A DNA stretch of 64,000 bases from a virus. Under the pieces are notes generated by a model, which was not told the DNA's origin, did no database searches, and worked only from the letters and a program-made list of their open reading frames with translations. A program made the translations under genes and the position numbers. Of this stretch, positions 29,245-39,145 are shown one piece after another. The DNA is taken from positions 76,421 to 140,420 of the IMG/VR virus record IMGVR_UViG_3300046820_003928; one strand, 5' to 3'. Within the stretch, counting starts at the first letter, position 1, and every line of letters begins with the position of its first letter.

Positions 29245-30761
29245 TCAATCCTAAATTTTGCTGCTACATCAGCAACATTTGTCTCTATTCCCTTGTTTAT
29301 TATTCTAAAATCAAACGTGTATGTTCTTCCTTTTGGCAAAGATGACATGTAAAAATCAAAATAATGAGAAGTTGAGTCATTTGAGACTTGCGTTCCCGGA
29401 TCGTGGAAAGGGATAACAATGTCTCCGCTCTCAAAGTCTCTAATTCTATAAAAGCACTTCTCAACTATGATTCCTGTGTTTTCAAGTGGAAGCTTAACTT
29501 TTACAATATTTCTATTGAAGTCTTCAACAAACATTCTAAATCTTATCTTTTCATTCTCTCCGTATGAAGACTGCATGTTGGTGATGTTTATGAAGTATCT
29601 TTCTGGAGTTTGTGAAAAATAAGTTGTATCCCTTCTTTTAATTGGCAGAGATCCTGTTGCAAATTGGACTTTCTCATCGAGAGACAGCCACTTTACTCCA
29701 AAGTTAAAAGAATCAATATTGAGAGCAGAACCTGTCAGCTTAGGGTAGATGTCGCTATCAAAAGAATTAACAAGAAAACTAGAGGAATAAATTCCAGTTA
29801 CTGGAACGGATCCTACTGAATACTGAGATCCTAGAAAGGTTCTTTCAATTGATCCTGATCGTATCTTTACCTTTATGCAGTTATTTCCGGTGAGCTGTGT
29901 AAGGCTAGATCCAGAAACAAGATTTGAAGGGGAGCCTGCCGCAAAAGTGTTTAGAAAGATTGTTCCAGAAGTATTGAATTCAAAATTTTGAGTTTTATCT
30001 GAAATAACATCATTGTAAGTAACAATTAGTCGTGGACGATTTGCAGTATTTGTTGTGTTTCTTGATGCAAAGCGCTTCACAAATCTAGTCTTCTGGTCTG
30101 TTTCCTGATTCGGAATAAAAGAAATTCTAAATCCAGAATCTGGGATCTGATTTGCAAGGACACCAGATACGATTCTTGTTACATCAACATTTAGATCTTC
30201 TTTTCCTGTTGAAAATATCTGGGTTGATGCAAATGATACAGATCCAAGTCCATCCCCAAGATTTCCTTGAGTAAAGTAGTCAACCCCGGGTGCTAGAAGA
30301 TCACCTCCGGCACCTGCTCCAGAAACTGACCATGTTACTACTGTGGTAGAAATAGAAGCTGTTATGAAGTTGGAAACATCAATATCTTCGAACCTTATAA
30401 CGTCTCTTCCGATTCCTTCATCAAAACTTTTTGAAAGGGGATAGACAACCAAAGAAAAGTTATTAGGAGTCGTCTGTCCGCCATAAACATCATGTAGATA
30501 AAGGCTGCAAGAGAAAGACGGACTTGAAATATCGATCTCTCCTCTTGTCAAAGAATCTCGAAGATCGTCTAAATCAAAATGAACCAATGCCCTGCTAATC
30601 TCAATAGGATTTGACTCGGATTCAAACGTATTCTCGTCATATAGCTTAAAAAGATCAATAGTTCCTGCCTGACCCGTGTTTGAGTCAGTTGCACGAAGCG
30701 TATTTGAAATAATCTTATTTGTTATGTATGAATCTTTATCTGCCTGAAGTATTCTATACAT
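29241..30761 (-). CDS. Baseplate-associated structural protein (DNRLRE-like domain)
   Basis: ADKDSYI...SRALVHFDL...LYLHD...RPRLIVTY pattern; lies between wedge genes. Confidence 0.5.
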   Translation of the reverse strand: MYRILQADKDSYITNKIISNTLRATDSNTGQAGTIDLFKLYDENTFESESNPIEISRALVHFDLDDLRDSLTRGEIDISSPSFSCSLYLHDVYGGQTTPNNFSLVVYPLSKSFDEGIGRDVIRFEDIDVSNFITASISTTVVTWSVSGAGAGGDLLAPGVDYFTQGNLGDGLGSVSFASTQIFSTGKEDLNVDVTRIVSGVLANQIPDSGFRISFIPNQETDQKTRFVKRFASRNTTNTANRPRLIVTYNDVISDKTQNFEFNTSGTIFLNTFAAGSPSNLVSGSSLTQLTGNNCIKVKIRSGSIERTFLGSQYSVGSVPVTGIYSSSFLVNSFDSDIYPKLTGSALNIDSFNFGVKWLSLDEKVQFATGSLPIKRRDTTYFSQTPERYFINITNMQSSYGENEKIRFRMFVEDFNRNIVKVKLPLENTGIIVEKCFYRIRDFESGDIVIPFHDPGTQVSNDSTSHYFDFYMSSLPKGRTYTFDFRIINKGIETNVADVAAKFRIE

Positions 30762-30769
30762 GTCAACTC

Positions 30770-32620
30770 CTAGATAGCATTTCCAACGATGTCAAAATCA
30801 GGATATTTCACTTCAAAAATACCGCCCAGAGGAGGAGAAATGACGCCCCTTCTTATTGAAGTACTTGGATTTATAGAAAAGATAGAGTATGATCTGTCAT
30901 CAATATCTCCTGACAGACTTGTAAAAGTGTAGCTTTCCAAGTTTATAACTCCATCTTGATTGAGAACAAGGTTAATGATGTCAGATATCTGTATTCCGCC
31001 ATCAATTTGCATATTGACTAGAGAAAGATACTCAATTATGGAATTATTGATCCTTGTAATAATTCCAGACTTATCTTCTCTTGGATCAATTGAGACGTTA
31101 TAGTTGAATCCAATGTTAACTATCTTTGCATCAAGGATATCAAAAGCGTCAGAGATAACTCTGAACTCATTTAGATAGGTTGAAATATTTCTCTTTAGTG
31201 TATCAGGAGATTGTGTGAGATTTCCATTTGCATCCCTGCTAACTACATAAAGAAGGGAAGAAAGAGGATTAACAGGATTTGGCTGTATTCCAACCCTAAA
31301 TGCCCTTCCAAAATTTGTAGGCATCAAAAAGACCCGTGCAATAAGGTCTTCTTTTGAAACAACTCTATTTTGAGAATTTCTAACGCTCAATGCAACTGAT
31401 CTTAGTTCTTCGATTGTTGGGGCATTTTCTCCACCCTGTGCTGCACTTTCATTATTGACAGATATGCTGGCTCTTATTGTTGATGATTTTGATGGGGATA
31501 TTGCGGGGTTGAATTTTGTCACAAGGTTGCTTACGACTCTAATTGTTCCCGGAGATACGTTGTGAGATATTCCTCCTCCATTTCTATATCTAACCCTTAT
31601 TGAGGTATTGATAGGAGTAACTCCAAGGCTCTTTGATCCAAGCATCGAATTGGGATCTATTGCAACTCTTGTAAAAGTCTTCTTGTCACCAAAAAGAGGT
31701 AGAGATACCTCGCTAGGATCAGGAAGAATATCATTGTCAAGAGTATCTGATCTTCCAGATCCAAACACGATTGTTGCAATTCCCGTATCTGAGTCTGATC
31801 TGGTTATAAACCTATACGGAGCAGGAACAACTGCGATTGCATTTTCAACCTGGGAAGAGTCTGAGTTGTAGTTTTCGATAGACTTGAATGCAGTATCTTG
31901 GGCTAGAGAGTCTACCTCATAGTATTCATTTCCTTCGCTATCTACAACAAGAACGATATCGCTAACATTTGGCTTAGATAATGTAATTGTCTTGAATGGA
32001 GTAGGATCAGATCCAAACGTAAAAGTTTCCTCAGAAACCTCTCCTGATTCACAAATTCCTATTCTTGTAACTGTGAAGGAGGTGGGATTTCCAGATGAAT
32101 CTGTTGTGTTTGTAACATAGGTGCAAACTAGGTTTCCAAACTCATCTCTTTCAGCAAAATCAACATCGCTCCTAAGAGAAAAGGATATTCCTGTATTAGA
32201 AGAAACTCTTGTTCCGGCCCTTAAGATGGGAAGCTGAGATGTATTTGGGATATATCCGTTTGATCCAAGGGACGCATCAACTGTAAAAGAAAAACTAATA
32301 TCGGCATATGCAGGAGAAGCTCCCCTGATCTTTACGCCTGCAAGTCTAACAAGCCTCTCAACATTTCTTCTCTCAACTGCTGTATCAAGTCCCATCTCAT
32401 TAAACTGATGGTCCATGTAAAAGGCAGTAGAATCTCCCACGTATGCAACTAGATCAACAAGCATTCCTCCCACAGATGCTTCTGAGAAATCCTGAATCTG
32501 ATCCGGGAAGTAGAGTTTTGCATATTTTAGGAGCTCAGATCTGAATCCTTCGAAATCTCTTGCTAGATAATTTCTCTGTCTCTTCTGAGTTAGATTCTTT
32601 TTTACGTTTGTAAGTGACAT
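30770..32620 (-). CDS. Baseplate wedge subunit, T4 gp6/baseplate J-like
   Basis: YLARDFEGFRSEL, DFSEASVGGML.DL.AY.GD, FGSGR, AQGG..APTIEELR, QNRVVSKED. Confidence 0.88.
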   Translation of the reverse strand: MSLTNVKKNLTQKRQRNYLARDFEGFRSELLKYAKLYFPDQIQDFSEASVGGMLVDLVAYVGDSTAFYMDHQFNEMGLDTAVERRNVERLVRLAGVKIRGASPAYADISFSFTVDASLGSNGYIPNTSQLPILRAGTRVSSNTGISFSLRSDVDFAERDEFGNLVCTYVTNTTDSSGNPTSFTVTRIGICESGEVSEETFTFGSDPTPFKTITLSKPNVSDIVLVVDSEGNEYYEVDSLAQDTAFKSIENYNSDSSQVENAIAVVPAPYRFITRSDSDTGIATIVFGSGRSDTLDNDILPDPSEVSLPLFGDKKTFTRVAIDPNSMLGSKSLGVTPINTSIRVRYRNGGGISHNVSPGTIRVVSNLVTKFNPAISPSKSSTIRASISVNNESAAQGGENAPTIEELRSVALSVRNSQNRVVSKEDLIARVFLMPTNFGRAFRVGIQPNPVNPLSSLLYVVSRDANGNLTQSPDTLKRNISTYLNEFRVISDAFDILDAKIVNIGFNYNVSIDPREDKSGIITRINNSIIEYLSLVNMQIDGGIQISDIINLVLNQDGVINLESYTFTSLSGDIDDRSYSIFSINPSTSIRRGVISPPLGGIFEVKYPDFDIVGNAI

Positions 32621-32623
32621 CTT

Positions 32624-33094
32624 TTATCCAATGTTCGATAGGATGATCTCGACAGTTTTTTCAGCAGTTGAAAGTCTGGGAATTGAAAACTTTATAAGAA
32701 TTCTCATCCTTGAAGTTCCATTCCTTTCACTTTCAATAGGCTGGGCATCAAAAGATCCCAGGCTAATATAGGGCATGTACTTCTCTGTTGTTGCCTTGAT
32801 GAACATCATAGCTTGTTCATCGTAGTCTGGCTGTGACAACCTTTCTGTTAGTAGGTATCTAAGATTTCCTCCGAAGTCGTAGAGGGGTAATCTTTCTCCG
32901 TGATTAACAAGTAGCATGTTCTTGAAGTTATCAACCATCTGATCGAGAACAGAGGTTGACATTTCAAACGGACCTCCCACTTTTGTCTTTGATCTTACCG
33001 GTGTTAATATTCCAACAGGAAGAGGCTGGGGAGCCTGAACACTCCTGGGATTATCCTTTAGATCTCCAACGCTCTTAAAGCTTATTGCTGCCAT
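32624..33094 (-). CDS. gp25/GPW-like baseplate (sheath initiator) protein
   Basis: NFKNMLLVNHGERL...DFGGNLRYLL...KYMPYI; next to the gp6-like gene. Confidence 0.85.
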   Translation of the reverse strand: MAAISFKSVGDLKDNPRSVQAPQPLPVGILTPVRSKTKVGGPFEMSTSVLDQMVDNFKNMLLVNHGERLPLYDFGGNLRYLLTERLSQPDYDEQAMMFIKATTEKYMPYISLGSFDAQPIESERNGTSRMRILIKFSIPRLSTAEKTVEIILSNIG

Positions 33095-33099
33095 GTCTG

Positions 33100-33106
33100 T
33101 AATTAT
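33100..33106 (-). promoter_or_regulatory. ATANTTA putative late promoter (ATAATTA)
   Basis: 5 nt upstream of ATG 33094, with no SD in between. Confidence 0.55.
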
Positions 33107-33137
33107 TTAGAGAAAAAGCATGCCATGAATCTCTTAT

Positions 33138-34235
33138 CTAGATAATTTCTAGAATTTTGGCTGCAGCCAGAGAGATCAATCCGGACCCTAGAAGAAATCC
33201 AATAAGAGAGACTATGAAACACTTTGCAAAGAAAAAGATGACATTCAAAAATGAAGATATCTCTAAAAAGGCAGTTGAAGCTATTCCTATAACAGGGCTC
33301 AAAAGAGACCACACAAAATCGGTAATTGATGAAAATAGATCGGAAACTGCCTCTTGCACATTTGTCAAAAGCTTTCCAATTGCACTTGATATTTTTTGAA
33401 TAGCTGCGGAAGCAGCCTGTGCTGCACCAGATATGGCAGAAGATACAGCTTCTATAATCTCAGACGGGATTGATAGAAAAACTGTCATAGCTTTGATAAA
33501 TTTTGTACCAATACCGTCAATTCCATTAGATTCAATTGTTGCAAAAAGAGGAGAAATATCTAGCCTTGGGTCAATAAAAGAAGTATCAAGAACTGGAACA
33601 GGAAGATCGGGAACAATGCCTGAAACGGACTCCGCAGCCTCCTCTATGATCTGGGTTGCAAGATTTTCTATTTCTGATTTTCTTTCTTCTAGCTTTTGAA
33701 CTACAGGGTCGGGATTGATTCCGGCAGACCTAAATGCCTCTGCTATTGTATTGGACAGAGAATTAAAGAACTCCGCTGTGTTTCCGACATCTATTGCAGC
33801 GCTAATATCAGCTGCATTTTTTATAACGACGTCAATTTGAGAAATTAGGACATCAACTACGGGAACACCTATGCTCGATTCAATCGAAGATAGAGTTTCC
33901 TGTAATTCTGTGATTATTGTTGCGACAGGCTTTGTTGGGTCAAAAATTGGGACAGTTTTAAGAATTCCAACATCAGGAATTGAATCAACAAGAACGCCTA
34001 TGTTTTGAATGTATCCATTAACATAGACTCCGTGCCATGCTGGGTAGTCCTCTTGAATAACTCCAATGGAATCAGTCTTAAAGTCCCCCATGCCTATTGA
34101 GTCCGGAGGAAGATTTATGCTCCCAAGTGAAATTCCTTCTTTGAGAGTTTTAACAACGTTGTCCCGATATCTGGTAGCAGCTATTTGAGTAATTTTACCG
34201 TCAGATACAACTCCAACTGTAGCAAGAGTTCCCAT
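33138..34235 (-). CDS. Helical protein with hydrophobic (TM-like) C-terminus
   Basis: Ala/Ile-rich helices ending in FLNVIFFFAKCFIVSLIGFLLGSGLISLAAAKIL; lies between the spike-like and gp25-like genes. Confidence 0.65.
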   Translation of the reverse strand: MGTLATVGVVSDGKITQIAATRYRDNVVKTLKEGISLGSINLPPDSIGMGDFKTDSIGVIQEDYPAWHGVYVNGYIQNIGVLVDSIPDVGILKTVPIFDPTKPVATIITELQETLSSIESSIGVPVVDVLISQIDVVIKNAADISAAIDVGNTAEFFNSLSNTIAEAFRSAGINPDPVVQKLEERKSEIENLATQIIEEAAESVSGIVPDLPVPVLDTSFIDPRLDISPLFATIESNGIDGIGTKFIKAMTVFLSIPSEIIEAVSSAISGAAQAASAAIQKISSAIGKLLTNVQEAVSDLFSSITDFVWSLLSPVIGIASTAFLEISSFLNVIFFFAKCFIVSLIGFLLGSGLISLAAAKILEII

Positions 34236-34241
34236 AAATCT

Positions 34242-35339
34242 CTACACCTTGACCAGAATCTTAGTTGCAAAAACTCCTGTTGCTGGGACTCCTTCTACAC
34301 CCAGAACTCCGCCTGCTGTGTCAACGATGGGTGTCCCTACGACAGTTCCACCAGCATTTAGGGCAGTTTGACAAGCAAGAATTGCCCCTGTTGCATCATC
34401 CCCACCCAGCTTGATTACTCCTGTCAAAGAAGGGGTAACAACAATGTCTCCATTACTTTTTATGATGATACTAGACGGATCGGATCCTTCTCCTACAACA
34501 ATTTTAAGATCATTTTTTGCAATAATTCTCACACTATCAGACTTTAGGGATATTGAAGGTTGCGAACCGCTGTCATCTCCGGGAAGAGAATAATATGAAT
34601 CAGAGTTAAAAGAACGAGAAACAGTAATCCTGGACTCATCGTCAGGACTTAGATTTCCCAATTCAGGAGTGTTGTCTTCTCTTAGCGGAGGCTTAAGAGA
34701 AGTTTCATTTCTTGAATTTAGAATTTTTCTACCGGATTCTGCAGTAGAAATTCCTGCAACCAGGTCTACAGTTCCTGTTCCTTTTTCTCCTAGATTTCTG
34801 AGAATTATTGCAGATCCATTCGATCCCTGCAGAAGAAGATCTAGAGATGTCTTTGAAACCGGGAAGACAGCCTCTCCTACAAATTCACTCTTTGAAATTG
34901 CGTCATCTCGAACGCCCTGAAGAGAAACTCCAGCTGAATTTGCATCAAAGATTATGCCAGAAGCTTTCTCTCTTGCATCGGGCTCATTTCCCAAAGCCAA
35001 GAAAAGTCGAGCATTATCGTCATTTGTAAAGTTTAGATCTTCAGCAGATGAATTCTGTACCTTCCTAGACATCCAATAGGAAACTCTTGAATTTCCAGGC
35101 TCAAATATCCAGGCTCTCTCTCCTGACTTAATTGGAAAGCTTATGTGAGAGAAAAATGGAAAGTATACTCTTTTCTGGAGATCTGAATCTTTGCCAATCT
35201 TCACACCAATAATTGTGCCATTTGGACAATTGGATAGAAAATTTACCCCGACTACATCTTTTGAAATCTTTTGAATCTGTTCGCTAGTTAGCTTGCTATA
35301 GTCTGCGATGTAGTCAACGACAAGAACTTCCTGGAACAC
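34242..35339 (-). CDS. Baseplate central spike, gp5/gpV-like (no lysozyme domain evident)
   Basis: YFPFFSHISFPIKSGERAWI (OB-fold-like), DLLLQGSNGSAII, beta-repeat SLKSDSVRIIAKNDLKI...IIIKSNGDIVV; position in baseplate block. Confidence 0.65.
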   Translation of the reverse strand: MFQEVLVVDYIADYSKLTSEQIQKISKDVVGVNFLSNCPNGTIIGVKIGKDSDLQKRVYFPFFSHISFPIKSGERAWIFEPGNSRVSYWMSRKVQNSSAEDLNFTNDDNARLFLALGNEPDAREKASGIIFDANSAGVSLQGVRDDAISKSEFVGEAVFPVSKTSLDLLLQGSNGSAIILRNLGEKGTGTVDLVAGISTAESGRKILNSRNETSLKPPLREDNTPELGNLSPDDESRITVSRSFNSDSYYSLPGDDSGSQPSISLKSDSVRIIAKNDLKIVVGEGSDPSSIIIKSNGDIVVTPSLTGVIKLGGDDATGAILACQTALNAGGTVVGTPIVDTAGGVLGVEGVPATGVFATKILVKV

Positions 35340-35340
35340 G

Positions 35341-35721
35341 TTAGTCCTCAGAGATTTGGTAAAATATTGAATCTGTGTCGAGAGGCCTATTTTCTTCCTT
35401 GGTTATAATCTCAGCAAGCTTTATAATCTGATCGTTGGCTCGAGACATTCTCTCGATATATTTCACAACAATGGGACCAAGAATGCTATGGTTTGCAGCA
35501 TTTCCCTTTATTTGCATGATGGTATCAGTAAATAGAATTGAGGCGCTCTCTCTATCTGTTAGAGCATTTCTATAGATCTCAGACCATAGGATTCTCTTTT
35601 TATTATCAAGTCCCTCAATTGAATTTAGCAGATCATCGAACTGTGCAACTTTGGACTCTTTTCTTTTAAGATCTCCCAGCTTATCATTGAGATCTTCGAT
35701 GTCTGCTTCCTTCTTTGCCAT
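35341..35721 (-). CDS. Hypothetical coiled-coil protein
   Basis: Likely start MAKK at 35721 after AGGAAGG. Confidence 0.7.
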   Translation of the reverse strand: MAKKEADIEDLNDKLGDLKRKESKVAQFDDLLNSIEGLDNKKRILWSEIYRNALTDRESASILFTDTIMQIKGNAANHSILGPIVVKYIERMSRANDQIIKLAEIITKEENRPLDTDSIFYQISED

Positions 35722-35734
35722 TTTCCTTCCTAGA

Positions 35735-36454
35735 TTAGAATATGTCGAACTCACACTCTTTCATAGTTTCTCTATAGTGCTTCTTGATAGCGGACATTGC
35801 AGTTGAAATCTGCTTTGTATTAAGATTCGTCATTTCTCTGATGTAGACAAAAATTGCTCGCTTATTAAAGAAATCAATGTCATCAATGTTCTGGAATATC
35901 TTGACAATTGCTTCCATGCATATTCTTTCATTTTCCTGTGAAACTCTGTCAGATATTTCAAAAAATAGCATATCAAGTTGTTCCGTCTGAGCTGACTTCT
36001 TACCACCTTCTCCGTACAGCTCAAAAGATGCTTCAACCGTGTTTAAAACATCAAGCTCTGGAACAATTGCCTTGTCATCAATGTTGAAATGTCTCTTTGC
36101 GTACTTGATCTTCTGTCTCATTCTCATGATGATCCAGTTTTTGGCAACAACATTAAAATAAGAAAATGCCTTGCTACCTCTGGATGCATCAAATTTCTTC
36201 AGCTTCTCATAAAGAAAGCTGATGCAGTCACTTTTAAACTCTTCAACTGAAACATGTGTGTTTGCACTATGAATGAAGATTAGATTTTCAACTAACTTTG
36301 TGAAAGCAGGAAGAATCTCAGATGTATAAATTAGATTTCTTGCTTCAATGTCATCCTCTTGCTGGAATTTTACGATAGCATCGTGTGTCCCAGAATGGAA
36401 ATACATCTTTAGGTCGTTTTTCTTGGGAGATCCCGTTTTTCTAGTCTTCTTCAT
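35735..36454 (-). CDS. Phage sigma factor, T4 gp55-like (putative late sigma)
   Basis: Region-2-like LKKFDASRGSKAFSYFNVVAKNW; start MKKTRK at 36454 with SD GGGAG. Confidence 0.75.
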   Translation of the reverse strand: MKKTRKTGSPKKNDLKMYFHSGTHDAIVKFQQEDDIEARNLIYTSEILPAFTKLVENLIFIHSANTHVSVEEFKSDCISFLYEKLKKFDASRGSKAFSYFNVVAKNWIIMRMRQKIKYAKRHFNIDDKAIVPELDVLNTVEASFELYGEGGKKSAQTEQLDMLFFEISDRVSQENERICMEAIVKIFQNIDDIDFFNKRAIFVYIREMTNLNTKQISTAMSAIKKHYRETMKECEFDIF

Positions 36455-36728
36455 TCTTCGATCTCCCAAACTGGGAAAGATTGTTTGCAATTGAAAGAAG
36501 AAGATCTTGACTTGACTTTATTTCTTGGATTACCTGTCTCACTTCTACAGAATCAAAAAATACGGGTTTTTCCAGGATTTTGGCAAAAATTCCATATTTT
36601 TCATCGAGTCTGTCAAGACCTTCTTCGATAGCATCGACACAATTCAAAATAATTATTCCAAATTTTATGTTGAAATAAATAGAGACAACAAGAAGAACAA
36701 AAAAGACAAGAGATAAAATCTCAAACAT
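36441..36728 (-). CDS. Small membrane-anchored protein
   Basis: N-terminal hydrophobic helix ILSLVFFVLLVVSIYFNI followed by a coiled region. Confidence 0.65.
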   Translation of the reverse strand: MFEILSLVFFVLLVVSIYFNIKFGIIILNCVDAIEEGLDRLDEKYGIFAKILEKPVFFDSVEVRQVIQEIKSSQDLLLSIANNLSQFGRSKNEED

Positions 36729-37881
36729 CTTTTAGTATCTGCGAGAATACGTCATTGTAGATTTTAAGAATGGAATTCTTTGAGAACTTCTCAAGACATT
36801 TACTCTTAAGATCTTTTGCCCATTCTGCAGGCATTTGACTTGATTCTCTAAATTTTTTAATCTTCTTTTTGAAATCTTCTTCTCTAGGTTTTGCCCACTT
36901 GGATCCCTTGATAAAGATTCTTTCATCTGCTCTTGAATCTGAGATCTCTACTAGGTCTGACTCTATCTTAATCCATTTTCCAAGATTCAAAAACTCAGTA
37001 TGGGCAGACCAGTTTGTAGCGATAACTGGAAGACCAGATGCTGCTGCTTCAAGTAGGGGTAGACCGAAGCCTTCTCCTCTTGTTAGACTTACAAGTGCAC
37101 GAATAGATTTGTCTCTGTAAAGACTTGCAATCTCTTCATTTGTCATGCATCCATGAACAAAATAAACTGGGACTTTGCTTTCTCCTCTTGTCTGGGAGAT
37201 GACTCGATTTAAAACTTGCTCTGTAAGAGATCTATCTATGGTTGTTCCACGACCGCTATTTGTCTTTAGGACGATTCCAACATCTTTGTCTGCTTTAAAA
37301 GTTTCGAAGATCCACTTCAGTGTATTTGCAATGTTCTTTCTATCGTGTTCTGGATCAGCTGCTGTAAGCTGACTTACAATTAAAAAGTTGAAATTTGTTC
37401 TTGTAGTTATATCAGCTATTTTTGAATCACTTTCAATTTCTTCAATAAACCACTCAGGAACAACAAAGATAGGCTTTTCAACTTTTCCAGTATTCAAAAG
37501 AACGTCTTTTGTGAACTGAGAGGGTACAATAATGGCATCCATCTTGTTGCACTTCTCAATCCAGGCAGGGTTGCACTTGTCTGTCTCAACAGCTGCAGTT
37601 ACACCCACGTTTATTTTTGCGAGGGTGTCTGACCATTCATCAGGAAGCTGCACCTGGAAGGAAACATCAAAACCGCTCTGTCTATCTGTTGAGCGCTTCA
37701 TGATTTCACCAGAAAGTCCGCCTTCTTCCTCTGGATTAATCATCCAAGATGTATTTCCCCACTGGACAACTTGAGAAAATACATTTGCGTCAGGTATTCT
37801 CTTTACTGCTTCAAATAGCTGTCTGCTATGATGTCCATACCCGGAGATGCTCAACAAGGGAGCCCGAACTACTATCTCCAT
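36721..37881 (-). CDS. Glycosyltransferase family 4 (GT-B)
   Basis: SGYG, RKNI, GEGFGLPLLEAAASGLPVIAT; start coupled to the upstream stop (TGATG). Confidence 0.9.
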   Translation of the reverse strand: MEIVVRAPLLSISGYGHHSRQLFEAVKRIPDANVFSQVVQWGNTSWMINPEEEGGLSGEIMKRSTDRQSGFDVSFQVQLPDEWSDTLAKINVGVTAAVETDKCNPAWIEKCNKMDAIIVPSQFTKDVLLNTGKVEKPIFVVPEWFIEEIESDSKIADITTRTNFNFLIVSQLTAADPEHDRKNIANTLKWIFETFKADKDVGIVLKTNSGRGTTIDRSLTEQVLNRVISQTRGESKVPVYFVHGCMTNEEIASLYRDKSIRALVSLTRGEGFGLPLLEAAASGLPVIATNWSAHTEFLNLGKWIKIESDLVEISDSRADERIFIKGSKWAKPREEDFKKKIKKFRESSQMPAEWAKDLKSKCLEKFSKNSILKIYNDVFSQILKDV

Positions 37882-39122
37882 CACATCTCCTTCACGGTGA
37901 ATGTCTTTCTTTTTGTCTTCCAACTATCTACAAGATTACTTGCTGTGCTATGCCAATCGTCTATCGTCTTATTGAATGAAAACTCAGATCTTGCATAGTC
38001 AAAGACCTTCTTTCGAAGATTCTCTTTCTCAGAGTCTGATAGATTAAACATCTTCATGATTGCTCGAGAAGTGTTCTCTGTAGAAACATAGTCTTCATAG
38101 ATGTATGGAACTCCTTGAGATCCAACCATCACCTTCATATCAATGTCCAGGGCGACGCCATTGTGAGACCCATCCCTATGATCGACTGCCTGTCTCGTTA
38201 GACCGCCCGTCTTTGCTGCGATGATGGGTACACCTGCATTCATTGCCTCAAGCGTGGCAAGACCAAAGCCCTCTGCAAAACTGATGTTGAGACATACATC
38301 AGAAATATTGTATAGGATGTTCATCTTGTCGAATCCTAACCGCTCTCTTGAAAAGACGACATTTGATGAAATCCCAAAATGATCACACACGGCATAAAGA
38401 TTTGGCCCCTCTTGATCGAGGGGATCAGTATGCATAATCAGGGTGGCTCTCTGGTGACCTTTCTCTCTCTTCAGATCATCAAGAAAAATCTTCCATGACT
38501 CAATGACGTCACTTGGTCTCTTTCTTCTTGCATTTCTATTAACCCAGATTGCAACAAAATCATCAGCTCTATTGTGTCCAAGGAGAGAAGACTTATGCAT
38601 CTTCTTCTCTTGCATAGAGATTGGATAGAAAAGATCTGGAGGAAGAGAATGAGGAATAAAGTTTGTCTTATCTGGAAACTTATCTTTCAACATTGAATAT
38701 GTTGCGTAAGAATGACAGTTGATAAGATCTGTCGCCTCATAGAGTGGAGCATTAAATGCCGGATAGGGTAGATTATCCCAGACATGCCACCACGCAATGG
38801 GACAAACCTGATGAATCTCATCCTCCATCTCAAACAGCCAAATAAAGAATCTTGGGTCTGTAAAGATTAACAGAAGATCGGGCTTCTCTGTGGCAAGTGT
38901 CACTCGAAGAAGATCTCTGTTTCCAAATCCATCGATGGGCTTGATGATAAAATCATCATTGACAACAACTGTTCGATAGTCTGTGTGCTTCATTGCAGCA
39001 CCAAACTGCCTAAATGTCCATCCGCCCTTCTGGAGAAGTCCATTTACCAGGTGACGTGTTTGAGTTCCAACTCCGGAAGTTGAAAGAGCGTGATCAGATA
39101 GAATTAGTACTTTCTTTTTCAT
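37881..39122 (-). CDS. Glycosyltransferase family 4 (GT-B)
   Basis: SGVG, NRNARRK, AEGFGLATLEAMNAGVPIIA. Confidence 0.9.
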   Translation of the reverse strand: MKKKVLILSDHALSTSGVGTQTRHLVNGLLQKGGWTFRQFGAAMKHTDYRTVVVNDDFIIKPIDGFGNRDLLRVTLATEKPDLLLIFTDPRFFIWLFEMEDEIHQVCPIAWWHVWDNLPYPAFNAPLYEATDLINCHSYATYSMLKDKFPDKTNFIPHSLPPDLFYPISMQEKKMHKSSLLGHNRADDFVAIWVNRNARRKRPSDVIESWKIFLDDLKREKGHQRATLIMHTDPLDQEGPNLYAVCDHFGISSNVVFSRERLGFDKMNILYNISDVCLNISFAEGFGLATLEAMNAGVPIIAAKTGGLTRQAVDHRDGSHNGVALDIDMKVMVGSQGVPYIYEDYVSTENTSRAIMKMFNLSDSEKENLRKKVFDYARSEFSFNKTIDDWHSTASNLVDSWKTKRKTFTVKEM

Positions 39123-39145
39123 GTCTATTTATCTAAAGATAGTGA

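Noticed and set aside
36441-36728. Holin or spanin call for the small membrane protein
   Set aside because: It has a single TM helix and no endolysin or lipoprotein partner nearby.
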